From the NCBI GenBank assembly GCA_022813965.1, contig JALDZS010000189.1, forward strand, positions 1-44,514: a stretch of DNA of 44,514 nucleotides, read 5' to 3'. A program made the translations under genes and the position numbers. Numbering within the stretch: position 1 is the stretch's first letter; the number at the start of each line of letters is the position of its first letter. Positions 10,366 through 20,834 of the stretch are shown here, in pieces. The DNA is from Toensbergia leucococca. Its lineage: Eukaryota. A model generated the notes under the pieces. That model was given only the letters and a program-made list of their open reading frames with translations. It was not told the DNA's origin and searched no databases.

Positions 10366-12724
10366 TTTGGGGGTGAGGGATTGGTTGAGGTGATGGGGTG
10401 GGATTGGTGTCGCAGGTGCTGGGAGGTTGATGGTGTTGCGATTGATTGATTTGGGTTTGGTGGAGACTTGATGTATGTGTGCGTTTGGATGAAGAGGAGG
10501 AGAGGGATCTATGCTGGATTTCTTTTTGGGGCAGTCTTATACTGTTGCGATTCACGGCTTGGTGGTACATGACTCGGTCTGACTTCGACCCCGCCATTTG
10601 GAGCTGTGAAGGTGTTCTCAAGTGCTCGAGTATTTGAGCTGGGTTGGCTAGCGGTGGGGGCTATGGGGAGGTGATTTGAGGCGGTGGTTGTGTGAATGGA
10701 GCTTGGGAGATGTGTGGCTGTGATTCCTGCGGGGGTTTGAGGTAGTGTTGATGATGGTATGGTTTCTGTGTATCAGTGACATGGGATACTCGGACTTTTG
10801 TGGCATGGTGAGCTTCTAGTCGATGTGGAGTTCCGAGATGTGTAGGCGATGAGGGAAGTTTATTGACGTGTTGGCTTTTTGTTTAAGTTTATTGGATCCT
10901 ACTAATCGGCTAGAGAATGTTTTTTGAGCGAGGCTGCTGTGTGTTTGCTTGAGAAGGTTTGTATTGATGGAATCTTAAGCAAAGGATGACAAACGTTGAA
11001 GAGAGTGTAGAATTGACGAGAAAGAGTTAGAGAGAGTAGACGGAAGGAGATTGAGCTCTAGCCATGGTATTGAATACCAGAGGATCAAACGTCCATGATG
11101 TCTTTATTCTTGGGAGCTTGACCACTGAATCCTTAATTTCAAGAGGCTGTCTTAGAGGGCCACTCAATCAATTCTGTATGTTGACAGATGTTTATCAGAC
11201 TTACTAGATGAAGGCCTGGTGTTGCATTGAGGCCACTATGCTGCTATAATAGAGGAGAGTGAACCTAATGCTTTGACTGATGCATTGTCAATGACGCCCT
11301 CAAAGTCACCTAGTTTAGGTACTTTGAGACACTTCTATCATGACATCAGTAGTAACAATGCGGATATCCTAGTAAGCTTTACCAATCTGCCGCTCATAAA
11401 GTAGATACACAGCCAGCGTGAGCCATTGGATGAGTGTAAATGATAATAGCGGTCTATCTGGTACATACGACCACAGACTGAGGAGAACTGGGCATCCCGT
11501 CCGCTCTGCCATACCAAAGCCTCAGATCGGAAGAGTAGTAGTTGGGTCGGTGACGACCAGCGAATTCCTTCTGTTGTATGTTTTTTGAGGACATTTTTTT
11601 CTTTCCATTGTCCGAGGTGTGTCCTTGGATATGGTTGAAATTGAGCTTCATGAATCAGGCGGGTTGATATCATGCACAGATACTCCAGAGAATGAAGTGA
11701 GAAACACAATTATTGCTTTATTTTGGCCTGAGATTGCGAGTATAGCTAAAGTAATGGTAAACGATGTTGACGTTGATTAGGGCTCGTGTTCTTGTTCTTG
11801 CCATTTCATGGGTTATCAGATTGGCATAAGAATGAGGAAAACATAAGTTCCAGGTATTCTAAAGCAACACCCATCTTACAGGCTGTAGACATCCGAGAGA
11901 CGCTTGGTAGAAATTAAGATATTTTGAATTCGAAGCGTGAGACCTTACCTTTCCTGGAATATATGCGAATAGAAGACACCAGAGTTCTACAGAACAACCT
12001 GGATATGAGGCGACGATGAATATATACAACATCAGCCACACAGGTCAGGCTTGAATGAACTTTCATAAAGCGATCTATGCTTTGCGACAAGGGTGAAGGC
12101 GAACCTTGCTCTGTTGATTACAAAGGACGAAGTGTGCCATGAAGTAAAGTCTTGAGAGTAGATCTGTGACTTCCCCGGCAAGTAAATAGGGATGAGACAC
12201 ACTCGAAAATCTCTGTACGACGCGTTACTAGAGAAAGCTACTCGAAAGGCCTAGAATCTCAGGGCGTGGCTTTGTACTATCAGTCCTGAAGCAAGCTAGG
12301 ATGTTGTCTTGGTAGACAATCATCATGCTTCACACCAGGTCCATGAACATCAGGTGGTGTGCTTTAGCCATTTGAAGACCACGACCTGAGGTTAGATATC
12401 GAGGTATCGAGATATCCTTGCACATCTGGCCCGCAACCAGCGGTAGTAAATCATTCAATGATCCGAAATTACCAGAGTTTGAAACCAAAAATCTATCATC
12501 AGAAAAAGGATGAGGTGGATGAAACTCCGTTTCTGAGAAGCCTGGGCCCGACGCCCTAAGTCAAAAAGTCATGTGTACCTACGTACCTACCCACCTACCC
12601 CTGTCTCCTGAGTGCGTCACCTTGCATCCTGGTCGATTCACTGATACCTTAATGGGCAAAGTCCCCTCTTCAAAACGATATCCTTATCCTTATTCTACAG
12701 CCATTACATACCCTGTGCTATGCT

Positions 12725-13479
12725 ATGGTCAACATGAAAGTATCGTTTTCACTCCTTGATCTAAGCCCCGAGCTTCTCCTTCACATACTCAGCTTCCTCG
12801 AAGTTCCAGAGCTCCTGGCATGTTCAAGGGTAGATCTCTTTGCTCTCATCCCAAATGACCCTTTGAAAATTCATGTACTCACTCTTTCAAGACATCACAT
12901 GCCCTACGCCACCTAAGCTCCGACCCGATCCTCCACCGTAATCGCCTTCTCCTAGCATCTTTCCACCTATCTCTCTCGCTCCCACGCCGACCCCCTCTTT
13001 CGTCCCTCCGTCCTCCCGCTTCCCTCATATACTTGACTACAACCCTCGTCGCAGCTCGTAAAATCTCTCGTTCCTTAATCTCCATACGATTATCTCAGAA
13101 ACTGCGAAAACGACCCAGCGCTACAACTTTAGTGGAAAGCAACATCCTCCCGGAAGAATGCTGGCGAGGAGGTTATGTGAGCCCTGGGATCGTTGGATTG
13201 AAGAGAGGATTGGAGAGAGAAAGAGTGAAAGATGGATTAAGGGGCTGGTTGAAGGGGGTGTGTGAGGAGGTTGAGAGGAGAGTAAGAGCTGGTAGAGAGG
13301 GGGAGAGAAGTGTAAAAGGCTTAGTGAGGAGATTTGCGGTAGCGGGTGGGGGAAAGGAGAGCTTTTGGGGAAGAGGATCAGGAGAGAAGAGGAGAATGGG
13401 AGATTCGCCTACGAGGGCGCATGTTCTTGGCTTGAGAAGGTTTTGGGAGGGAGTCGGAAGGAAAGGCCAGGCTGTTTGA
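12725..13479 (+). CDS. F-box protein with RPEL-like RP..L motifs. Exons 12725(or 12734)-12829 and 12892-13479
   Basis: N-terminal F-box LLDLSPELLLHILSFLEVPELLACSR|TSHALRHL, then DPILH, RRPPLSSL, LSQKLRKRPSATTLVESNILPEEC and PTRAHVLGLRRFWE. Intron 12830-12891 (GTAGAT...AAG) joins the frames. Confidence 0.85.
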
Positions 13480-14001
13480 GGAGGATTTCTCCAGTGACAG
13501 GTATGGAAGCTTAATTTTATTTTTGGTTGAATATACCGGTGTACTTGGCAGGCGCATTTGAGGAGTTTGTTGGTCAATTTTCGTCGTCTCTGGGTTTCTA
13601 TAGGCATGTTTCGACAATTGAAGAAGTCGTGAAACACACCAAAAGGCTCTTGATGTTTGCAAGGATCGTTTATTAGATTGTGGGTTTTACTGCCGCAGGA
13701 AGGCTACTGATATACCTCCGAGCCGCCTCTCGGAATCAACACCAGATTTTCATATTCCCAGCAATGAAAAGCTAAGTAAGTTTGGACGTTGCACTATCAT
13801 AATCATTTCCTAGTTCTTCCACTCTGGGTGAGTCTGCTAATTGTTTCTAACGGTATCTATCAGGCGGTGATCTGAAAAGAATCAATATGTAGAGGACGAA
13901 AAGCTCGCAATATTGTACTCGTAAAGCTGTGTACGAAATGCAGGCATGACTCCGATTGCGCCGTTGATGCAGGGGTATCGATTGCAAAGGACCTTGAGAA
14001 A

Positions 14002-14602
14002 TCACCCCATGGCAGCCTTAGCAGCCTTCCAATCGCCACTACCCCCACCTACAGCACTTGCAATAGCACCCACTTTGCCTCTCCTCACTGATTTGTATTG
14101 AATCTCTTCGGGTAATATTCCATTGGTCTCACTGCCGTTCAAGTGTGGTTCCTCCTCGGTCGAATCATCTTGCCTTTCTGTGTTGCTTAGTAGGACATAA
14201 CGCAAAGATCGATTTGGAATTTCCTACCTGCATCAATGTCGGATGGTAGCGCAGTAAATACATCTATCACATGGCTGTATGCGATATCGTCTCAGCCTGA
14301 ACTCATGCGTAGAAGATTGATTGACTCACTCGGACATCACATGAGCTATACCCTCCAAAGCTTCTCTCTCTCGTCGAAGAAATTCTGGATCAGGCTGGAC
14401 GACTGGTCGCATACCATTCTGGACAGTCGAGCCGTAGCGGGACCTGTAAGGATCGTCGTAAAGCAGTCTAGAGGTCTCAGGGTTCTGTTGGCGCAAGGGA
14501 GAATGTTAGTCAAGCAATCGGTCGCATTGTGAAAGCAAGTCTACTGACCTCAGCATCTTGTTTCTGCCGACCGAGGCCAAGGCAGGAGGCGCAAATGCCC
14601 AT
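14002..14602 (-). CDS. LAMTOR1/Meh1(Ego1)-like vacuolar membrane anchor of the Ragulator/EGO complex. Exons 14602-14549, 14484-14330, 14274-14228, 14177-14002
   Basis: The spliced product starts MGICASCLGLGR (Gly2 myristoylation and Cys palmitoylation), followed by ETSRLL (acidic dileucine signal), YGS and PDPEFLRREREALEGIAHVMSDHVIDVF. Three canonical introns (GTCAGT, GTGAGT, GTAGGA donors with branch sites) all keep the frame. Confidence 0.85.
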
Positions 14603-15344
14603 GGAATGTGGATGCTGTAGACTGAGCAATACGGTATCCTTATCCGTATTCAACAAGTGATAATGACGAGGCTGGGGCAGGGTAAGGTAAGGTATTCTAA
14701 GTGGACTTTAGCGCCTTGGCAATTTATCCAAACCTCCAAGATTCTTCCCTTTAACATGGAAGATTTACGAAATAGGTTGTCTAGCAATGTAGCGCTGCCA
14801 TTTCATGTGGATTGACTCAGTCTTGGTCTCCACGAAGCCATGTATTTGACACACTTGCTGTGTTATGTCCAGAGATTTAAATGAAGAGGCAAGGTCCAGC
14901 AATACATAGCTAATACTCCTACTGTCTTGTCTCTCGCCTCAAAGCATGTCTTTCAGTAAATTTCAACCTGCACTTCATGTCTTTCTCTGTAAGGTGTTTT
15001 TTATTTCAAATGAAGCCCTTGCATTTGTGTGGCTGATTTCTGATCTTGCATGGCATTACCCGAGATCTGCTCCTTGAATGAGGCTTTGGAATGAGGGCTA
15101 GGTGGGATGCTGAAACATAGCTGGGAGACCGAGAAATGATGCCTCTCCTCCTTGGTATCATGCAGCAAGGTACCAGACCAGCCTCGATGTATCCCGTTGT
15201 GGAGCAATTTTCTGCCTCCATCACGTATAAAGCACTGCTTGATCTCTTCAATGCTCTCGATACTATCTTCCTGCCATCACCGCTCGTCGCATTACGCACC
15301 TAGTCGCTCTTTTGATCTCATAGCAATTCCAATTCCGTGCAAAC

Positions 15345-18339
15345 ATGCACTTTACTCTCTCTGATTTGGCCCAGGCCTTTCTGCTTTCATCTCTGTGTGG
15401 CTCTGCTCTGGGCTTCTCCGTGCCTAGGAATCTTAAACGCATGGATAGTTTATTCAAGAGACAGGATCAGATTTGTGTCGAGGATGACTATCTTCAGTCT
15501 CTTCAAAATTTTATGGAAGACTCGGTACCCTTCTGCAGCTCCTTCATCGGCATCCCGATGGTCACCACAACTGTGACAGACGCTTTCACCTTCACGTATG
15601 TCGTATCCTTACCCTAACTAATAGCATACTCTCTGATGGTCAAAGTACTACGACTACAACCACGACAACTTCTGTGACTCCACAACCTACGACGGTTGCT
15701 TCAGCTACTGTATACGTCACTACCACTGTAATCCAGCAACTCAGAAAGCGTGCCCCGGTACCAACTGACGCAGCCAATCTCTACGATGCCGATGAGAATA
15801 TATCCTTAGCTCGCGATGCTATGATAGACACATCCGTATCTTGCGATACAGCTGTTTTGAAATCAGTATCGAGTGCCTGTTCCTGTCTGAATATTGCCCC
15901 TGCAACAGTTTCAACAGAAATCGTTGGAGCTTCGGTATGAGTTACTTGTCTTCAGTTTTGCTACGTATTGATTCTAAAATGCGATATAGACCAGGACCTT
16001 GACTGCCATTGATAGACACACGGTTGCAGCAAGCACCGAAACATCTGGGTACGGATCTCCGCTTCTCTCCTTAGATTCAATTTTACTTGATACTTTCTGT
16101 ACCCTCACCCCCACTTACACCTCAGATAGGACGACTACAGAAACCATAACCCAGACGTTTACAACTTCAATTTCGACCCAGTCCAGTACCAACACCTCGT
16201 CCACGCCTTCGCTTTCTTCGTCGTTCATTTCAACCCTGGGAACAACCGCTACCGGCTCCGTTTCTTCAGGCTTTCCAACACTTCCTTTGAGCAATTCCTC
16301 AATCTCCTCTTCTGTAACTTCAATTACATCAACAGGGCTCGCATCGCCTTCTTTGAACATGTCTTCAATCAGTACCAGCGTCTCTGAATCAACCAGCTCT
16401 CCTACTTCGTCGTCATCTGGATTCACCGGCAGCCTATCACAACCGAGCGACCAGTCTCGAAACCAGTACTCCCAGAGCCAAACTTCAACCGGTTCTTCGA
16501 ATAGTACATCGATACTCCCCACGGGCACAATATCAACAACCGAGACTCCTATCTATAACTCTTCGATGATCGGCACGGGCTCCACTTCCGTGATATCTGG
16601 ACTTCCAACTTCAATAGGGTCAAATAGCAGCTCATCGGAATCTGGGTTTTCTACCCCTATCTCGGCAAGCGGGAGTTCTTCGGTGTCTGGCCTTCCTACT
16701 AGTGTTCCTACGAATGGAAGCTCCTCGGCTTCTGGTACGCCCATAGTGTCTTTTAATGCAACAGCTTCTTCTGTACCAACCACTAGCTCGTCTGCGCCAA
16801 CAACCATCCCTACCCAAATCGGCTGCCCGAGCTCCAATGGTAGCATCTATACTGTTCCAAGCGATGGCGAAAGGTACCTGATCCTATGTTATACCGACTT
16901 TCCCAACAATACACTTGCGGTCATTGGCCTGGAAGAACCCGATCTACGTGCTTGTATCCAGGAGTGCGCCAATGCCAATGATGGATTCTCCCGGGAGACA
17001 TGCCGTGGTGTTTCTTATTTCCCGAACGATGTTGGGGCAGACTGCTTTTTGAAGCGTACAGTCACTGACGCCACCTACGATAATCCTGAAGTTGTGTTGG
17101 TCGTAAGCGCAATACTCTTGGACGAGGTCGTTGTCTCCAACACCACATCCAGTTCCACTATTAGCGGTGCGCCGTCTGCTAGTATTTCAGGTTACTCAAA
17201 TATCACTAGTAGTCTCGGACCAACGGCTGCACCCACTGGGAATATCACGTCCTTGGTACAGAGTTACTTGTCGTCACTTCTCAATGCCACATCATCGTTT
17301 GGCCCCACAGATTATCCGAGATCGGCCTCAATAATTCCCTCTGCCTCGTTGTGAGTACTTCGCTGGCCACAATGTACAGATTTTAGAAACTGACGACAAT
17401 ATTAGTAACTCGAGCTCGCCGTCAGCCTCAGTTACCCCCTCCGCCTCATTGTGAGTATTTGTTCTGGTCGGGATCTATATTTTAAAAAGCTAACAGGGCT
17501 TTTAGCAACTCCAGCTCTCCATCTGCCTCATTTTCCCCCTCCGCCTCTTAGTAAGTACTTCTTCTAGTCATGATCTACTAATTTGGAAGGCTGAGACGTT
17601 CTTAGCAACTCGAGCATTGTATCCGCCTCATTGACTCCATCTGCCTCATAGTAAGTGCTTGTTCTTGGTAGGATTTGTATTTGGTGCTGGGAAGCTAAAG
17701 AGCGTCTTAGTAATTTGAGCTCTTCTCCATCGATGACTCCCTCAGTGTCACTGTAAGTACATTTCATGTCCCTGCCCGAAGCATTACCTTGCTGACCTTT
17801 CTTTAGCAATCTTACATTGACTCCGTCCCTGAGTCCCTCACTATCATTGTCAGTATACCTTGACCCCATCTAATTTCCACGGGAACTAAATCTTCCTCAG
17901 CAATATAACCGCCAGCCCGTCCATCACCCCATCCCCATCATAGTAAGTCATTAGGTCATTGCTGTAGGTATTCTACCCCGAACTCGAAGCTAAAAGAGTA
18001 TCAGTAACTTTACCGCATCGGCGACACCGTCCATGTCTTACAACAATTCCTCCCCACTTAACCACACAACTGCGACCTGCCCTTCTTGCGGAGTACGATA
18101 TATTCTCATCCACACTGACAATTTATGAAACCTGCTAACAAGGCTCCCCAACAGCCAAGTGTCTACACGACCCACTCGATCTTCTCGACCATAATTCTCG
18201 TACGAAAGCATCCAATGTCTCACAATAAATCAGTTCCCTTCACTAACGTCTTGCCTAGCAAACCTTAACCCAGACTGAAGTCTCAACCCTCTGGGTCACA
18301 GCAACAATTACGCCGCTTTTGCCCGATTTCGGACCGTGA
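15345..18339 (+). CDS. Secreted Ser/Thr-rich (mucin/adhesin-like) glycoprotein with a PAN/apple-like Cys domain and a C-terminal micro-exon repeat array. Exons 15345-15595, 15646-15934, 15990-17350 (possible in-frame intron 16049-16129), 17406-17450, 17506-17550, 17606-17650, 17711-17752, 17807-17848, 17901-17942, 18005-18092, 18155-18199, 18259-18339
   Basis: Signal peptide, KR sites, Cys motifs (ICVEDD..FCSSFI; VSSACSCL), a long S/T tract and the apple-like CPSSNG..YLILCYTDF..CIQEC..CRGVSY..CFLK. Every downstream intron has a GT donor, a CTRAY-like branch and an AG acceptor, and the frame stays open to TGA at 18339. Confidence 0.85.
17351..18004 (+). repeat. Tandem intron+micro-exon repeat (unit about 94-105 nt; exactly 100 nt for the first three units)
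   Basis: Donors at 17351, 17451, 17551, 17651, 17753, 17849 and 17943. Exon sequences are related (e.g. aactcgagc...gcctca...ccctccgcctc). Confidence 0.9.
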
Positions 18340-18639
18340 TCCATGGAAACGGTCGGGTGAATCTCTTATGAATGTTGGTGCAATAGACGAGCGTTCTTTT
18401 ACAATGATTCTCCAACGAAGTCAACGCGATTCAGGGTTTTTTTTTTCTCTCTCTGCAATTTTTCTCTTACTAGGTACAAGTATCCTATAGAAACGTAAAG
18501 GATTACTTCAAAACTGCCGAAAACGATATGCCCAGACGCAAAGTGACCTTTTCTACTCTCTGTATTTCCGGGTTATATATTTCATCTTTTACACGCACGG
18601 TGTAACCAAAGAAAAAATCGAGACAAGAGAAAAATTCGA

Positions 18640-18855
18640 TCCCAACACCTCCCTTGCCCTTTAAACCATACATCTCCTTACCCCCCCTTCCTCACGGCCC
18701 CCCACCCCCCACCCACATGTCCTCCCTCCCTCCCCCTTCCAGCTCCCACCCTCTCATCCACACACCCCACCAAAAACAAGTACCTAACACAAATCCCTTA
18801 CTTCCCTCCCCCCCACCACATACACCATAACCCTTACATCCAAACCTCTCATACC

Positions 18856-18891
<36 letters not shown>

Positions 18892-19270
18892 TCCCACGCA
18901 ACATCGCAATCCCCACGGACCCCCGCGCCTAGCCACATGCAATGGCGCCACACCGGCAGTAGGGGATCGACTAACTTGCCTCATCTCCTTTTTTTTTCCC
19001 CCTTACGGCCCCTTACGGTGCGCGAGATTGAATGACTGTTTGTAGAAGAAGCTTTGATTGGGGGTTTGTGGGGGTTTATGGGTTTATGGTAGTGTTGTAG
19101 TAGCGAAGACACATTTTTCCGGACTCTCTGGAGGATATTCTCGAAGGGGGGAATCGGATAGGTTTTTATTCCCTGGCTTTTTCGGCTTGTGGGGGAGGGG
19201 GGTGGGCAATTAAAATATATTCTAGTTCCCCCAAAAAAATGAAAAAAAAATATACATATGTACACAAAAT
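18640..19270. repeat. Low-complexity island: C/A-rich half with a poly-A run of about 30 nt (18860-18889), then a G/T-rich half
   Basis: Directly visible composition and homopolymers. Confidence 0.8.
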
Positions 19271-19637
19271 TTGGTTTATTCTGTATGATAGATGATTTTG
19301 GTTTCGTGGCTATGAGTACTACCTACCTTACGTGAAACGGCAGGATGTTGAACATTTGTTGTTTCTGATTGAATATTTGGGAGACCTCTTTGCTTTTTCG
19401 TAGAGTAAGCTACCTCTGCACTTTCCCTGCAGACAATCACGTCAGTGATTTGTTATACATTTCATTTCAAGTCTTGGTCTTTCATCCATCAATCTATATC
19501 CAAATAGCGACACTTGTAGTCATTTATCTTGATTTCATCTTCAGCTGAATACTTCACTCCCCGTTCTGTCTAGGAGGCTTGTCTCTTACACCTGTTTGAA
19601 GAGGGTCTAGGAACCTTTCTTTGAATTTCATGGCAGA

Positions 19638-20651
19638 ATGGACTCAATAGATTTATCCATAGATTTAGGTCTTCATCTCTCTGGTACCCATGTCGTCATC
19701 ACCGGATCTTCCGGCTTCATCGGCTCTGCCACCGTATCTGCTTTCCTCGCCGCTGGTGCAAATGTGACCGCACTTGATCTGCGTCCATCGTCCATTCAGC
19801 GAGCACCCTCAAGCTTCTTCTACCACAACGTCGATATCACTGAAGAGAACTCACTGGAAGCAGCATTTGATCTGGCACATGAAAAGTTCGGAGTCGTGAG
19901 TGTCTGCGTGGCTCTTGCAAGTCTAGATGTAAGCTTCCTGCCGCAGCATGCATCGCTCACAGAGATGTCTGTTGAGCAGTGGAGGCGAACCGCAGAGGTG
20001 AATGTGGAAGGAACTTTTCTCACCGCGAGAACGTGGCTGAGGCAGATCAAAGCTCATGCAAAAGTTGGGGAGACCAAAAATGTTGGACTCATTATCGTTG
20101 GAAGTGAGAGTGGGCATTTTGGAGTCAGGGGAAATGCCGACTATGCATCAGGCAAGAGTGCAGTGCAATTTGGCATGGTGCAAAGCTTGACGGGGGATGT
20201 GGCGCGGGTGTTCCCCGGAGCTAGGTCAGTGGTTTACCATACTTTGAGCAGCTAGGATCAATTGAGGGCTGTAAACTAAACCGAGAATGCGGAAATCAAA
20301 GCAGTGGATGAGGGAATCTTGCCAGGACTGACAAATATACCGAGATTAGGGTAAATGCGGTCGCCCCCGGAGCAGTTGATACTCCGCAATTCCGCAAGGA
20401 ATGTGATGAAGACCCGGATATGTTTTATAGAGCAGCTGAAGCTACGTGTGTTCCCTGTTACAGTCTGAATCGTTGCCCTGACTGAGATTGAACCCAGGAC
20501 GGCATTGAGGAAGCCAGTACCAACAAGCGCAGTCGCAAAGAGCATTCTCTTCCTTGCTAGCGAGGCCTGGAGCGGCAACATCACGGGCCATGTGCTTGAC
20601 GTCGATTCGGGGAAGAAAGGAAAAGTTGAGTGGGTAAAAGAGGAGTGTTGA
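19638..20651 (+). CDS. Classical short-chain dehydrogenase/reductase. Exons 19638-20224, 20350-20445, 20498-20651
   Basis: TGSSGFIG, catalytic Ser (VGSESG), YASGK, RVNAVAPGAVDT and LFLASE..SGNITGHVLDVDSG. Introns 20225-20349 and 20446-20497. Confidence 0.92.
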
Positions 20652-20834
20652 ATTGTGTTGTCCGTACTGTTCTAGCCCGATATATGACAAGTCAATATGC
20701 TGTATGGAAGAACTTCTTGCTTTCGAGAATAAAAGGATTGTCACAAAAGAATCCATTATTATCACAGAGCATTGCAAGGTATTAGTATGATCAAGGCAAT
20801 ATTTCAAACCAGGCTTGAGGTGGAGTTGACATCC

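Noticed and set aside
11700..12060. Minus-strand splice-like signals (AG|GTAAGG near 11948, GTAAGA near 11879)
   Set aside because: No convincing coding frame results. They could belong to a UTR or non-coding transcript, but that cannot be supported from sequence.
16115..16846. Long antisense ORFs rich in V/E/D
   Set aside because: Shadow frames of the Ser/Thr-rich coding strand.
17351..18004. 100-bp periodic repeat as a CRISPR-like array or introner/transposon insertions
   Set aside because: The context is eukaryotic. The conserved parts are coding exons and splice signals, while intron interiors diverge and lack terminal repeats, which fits exon duplication.
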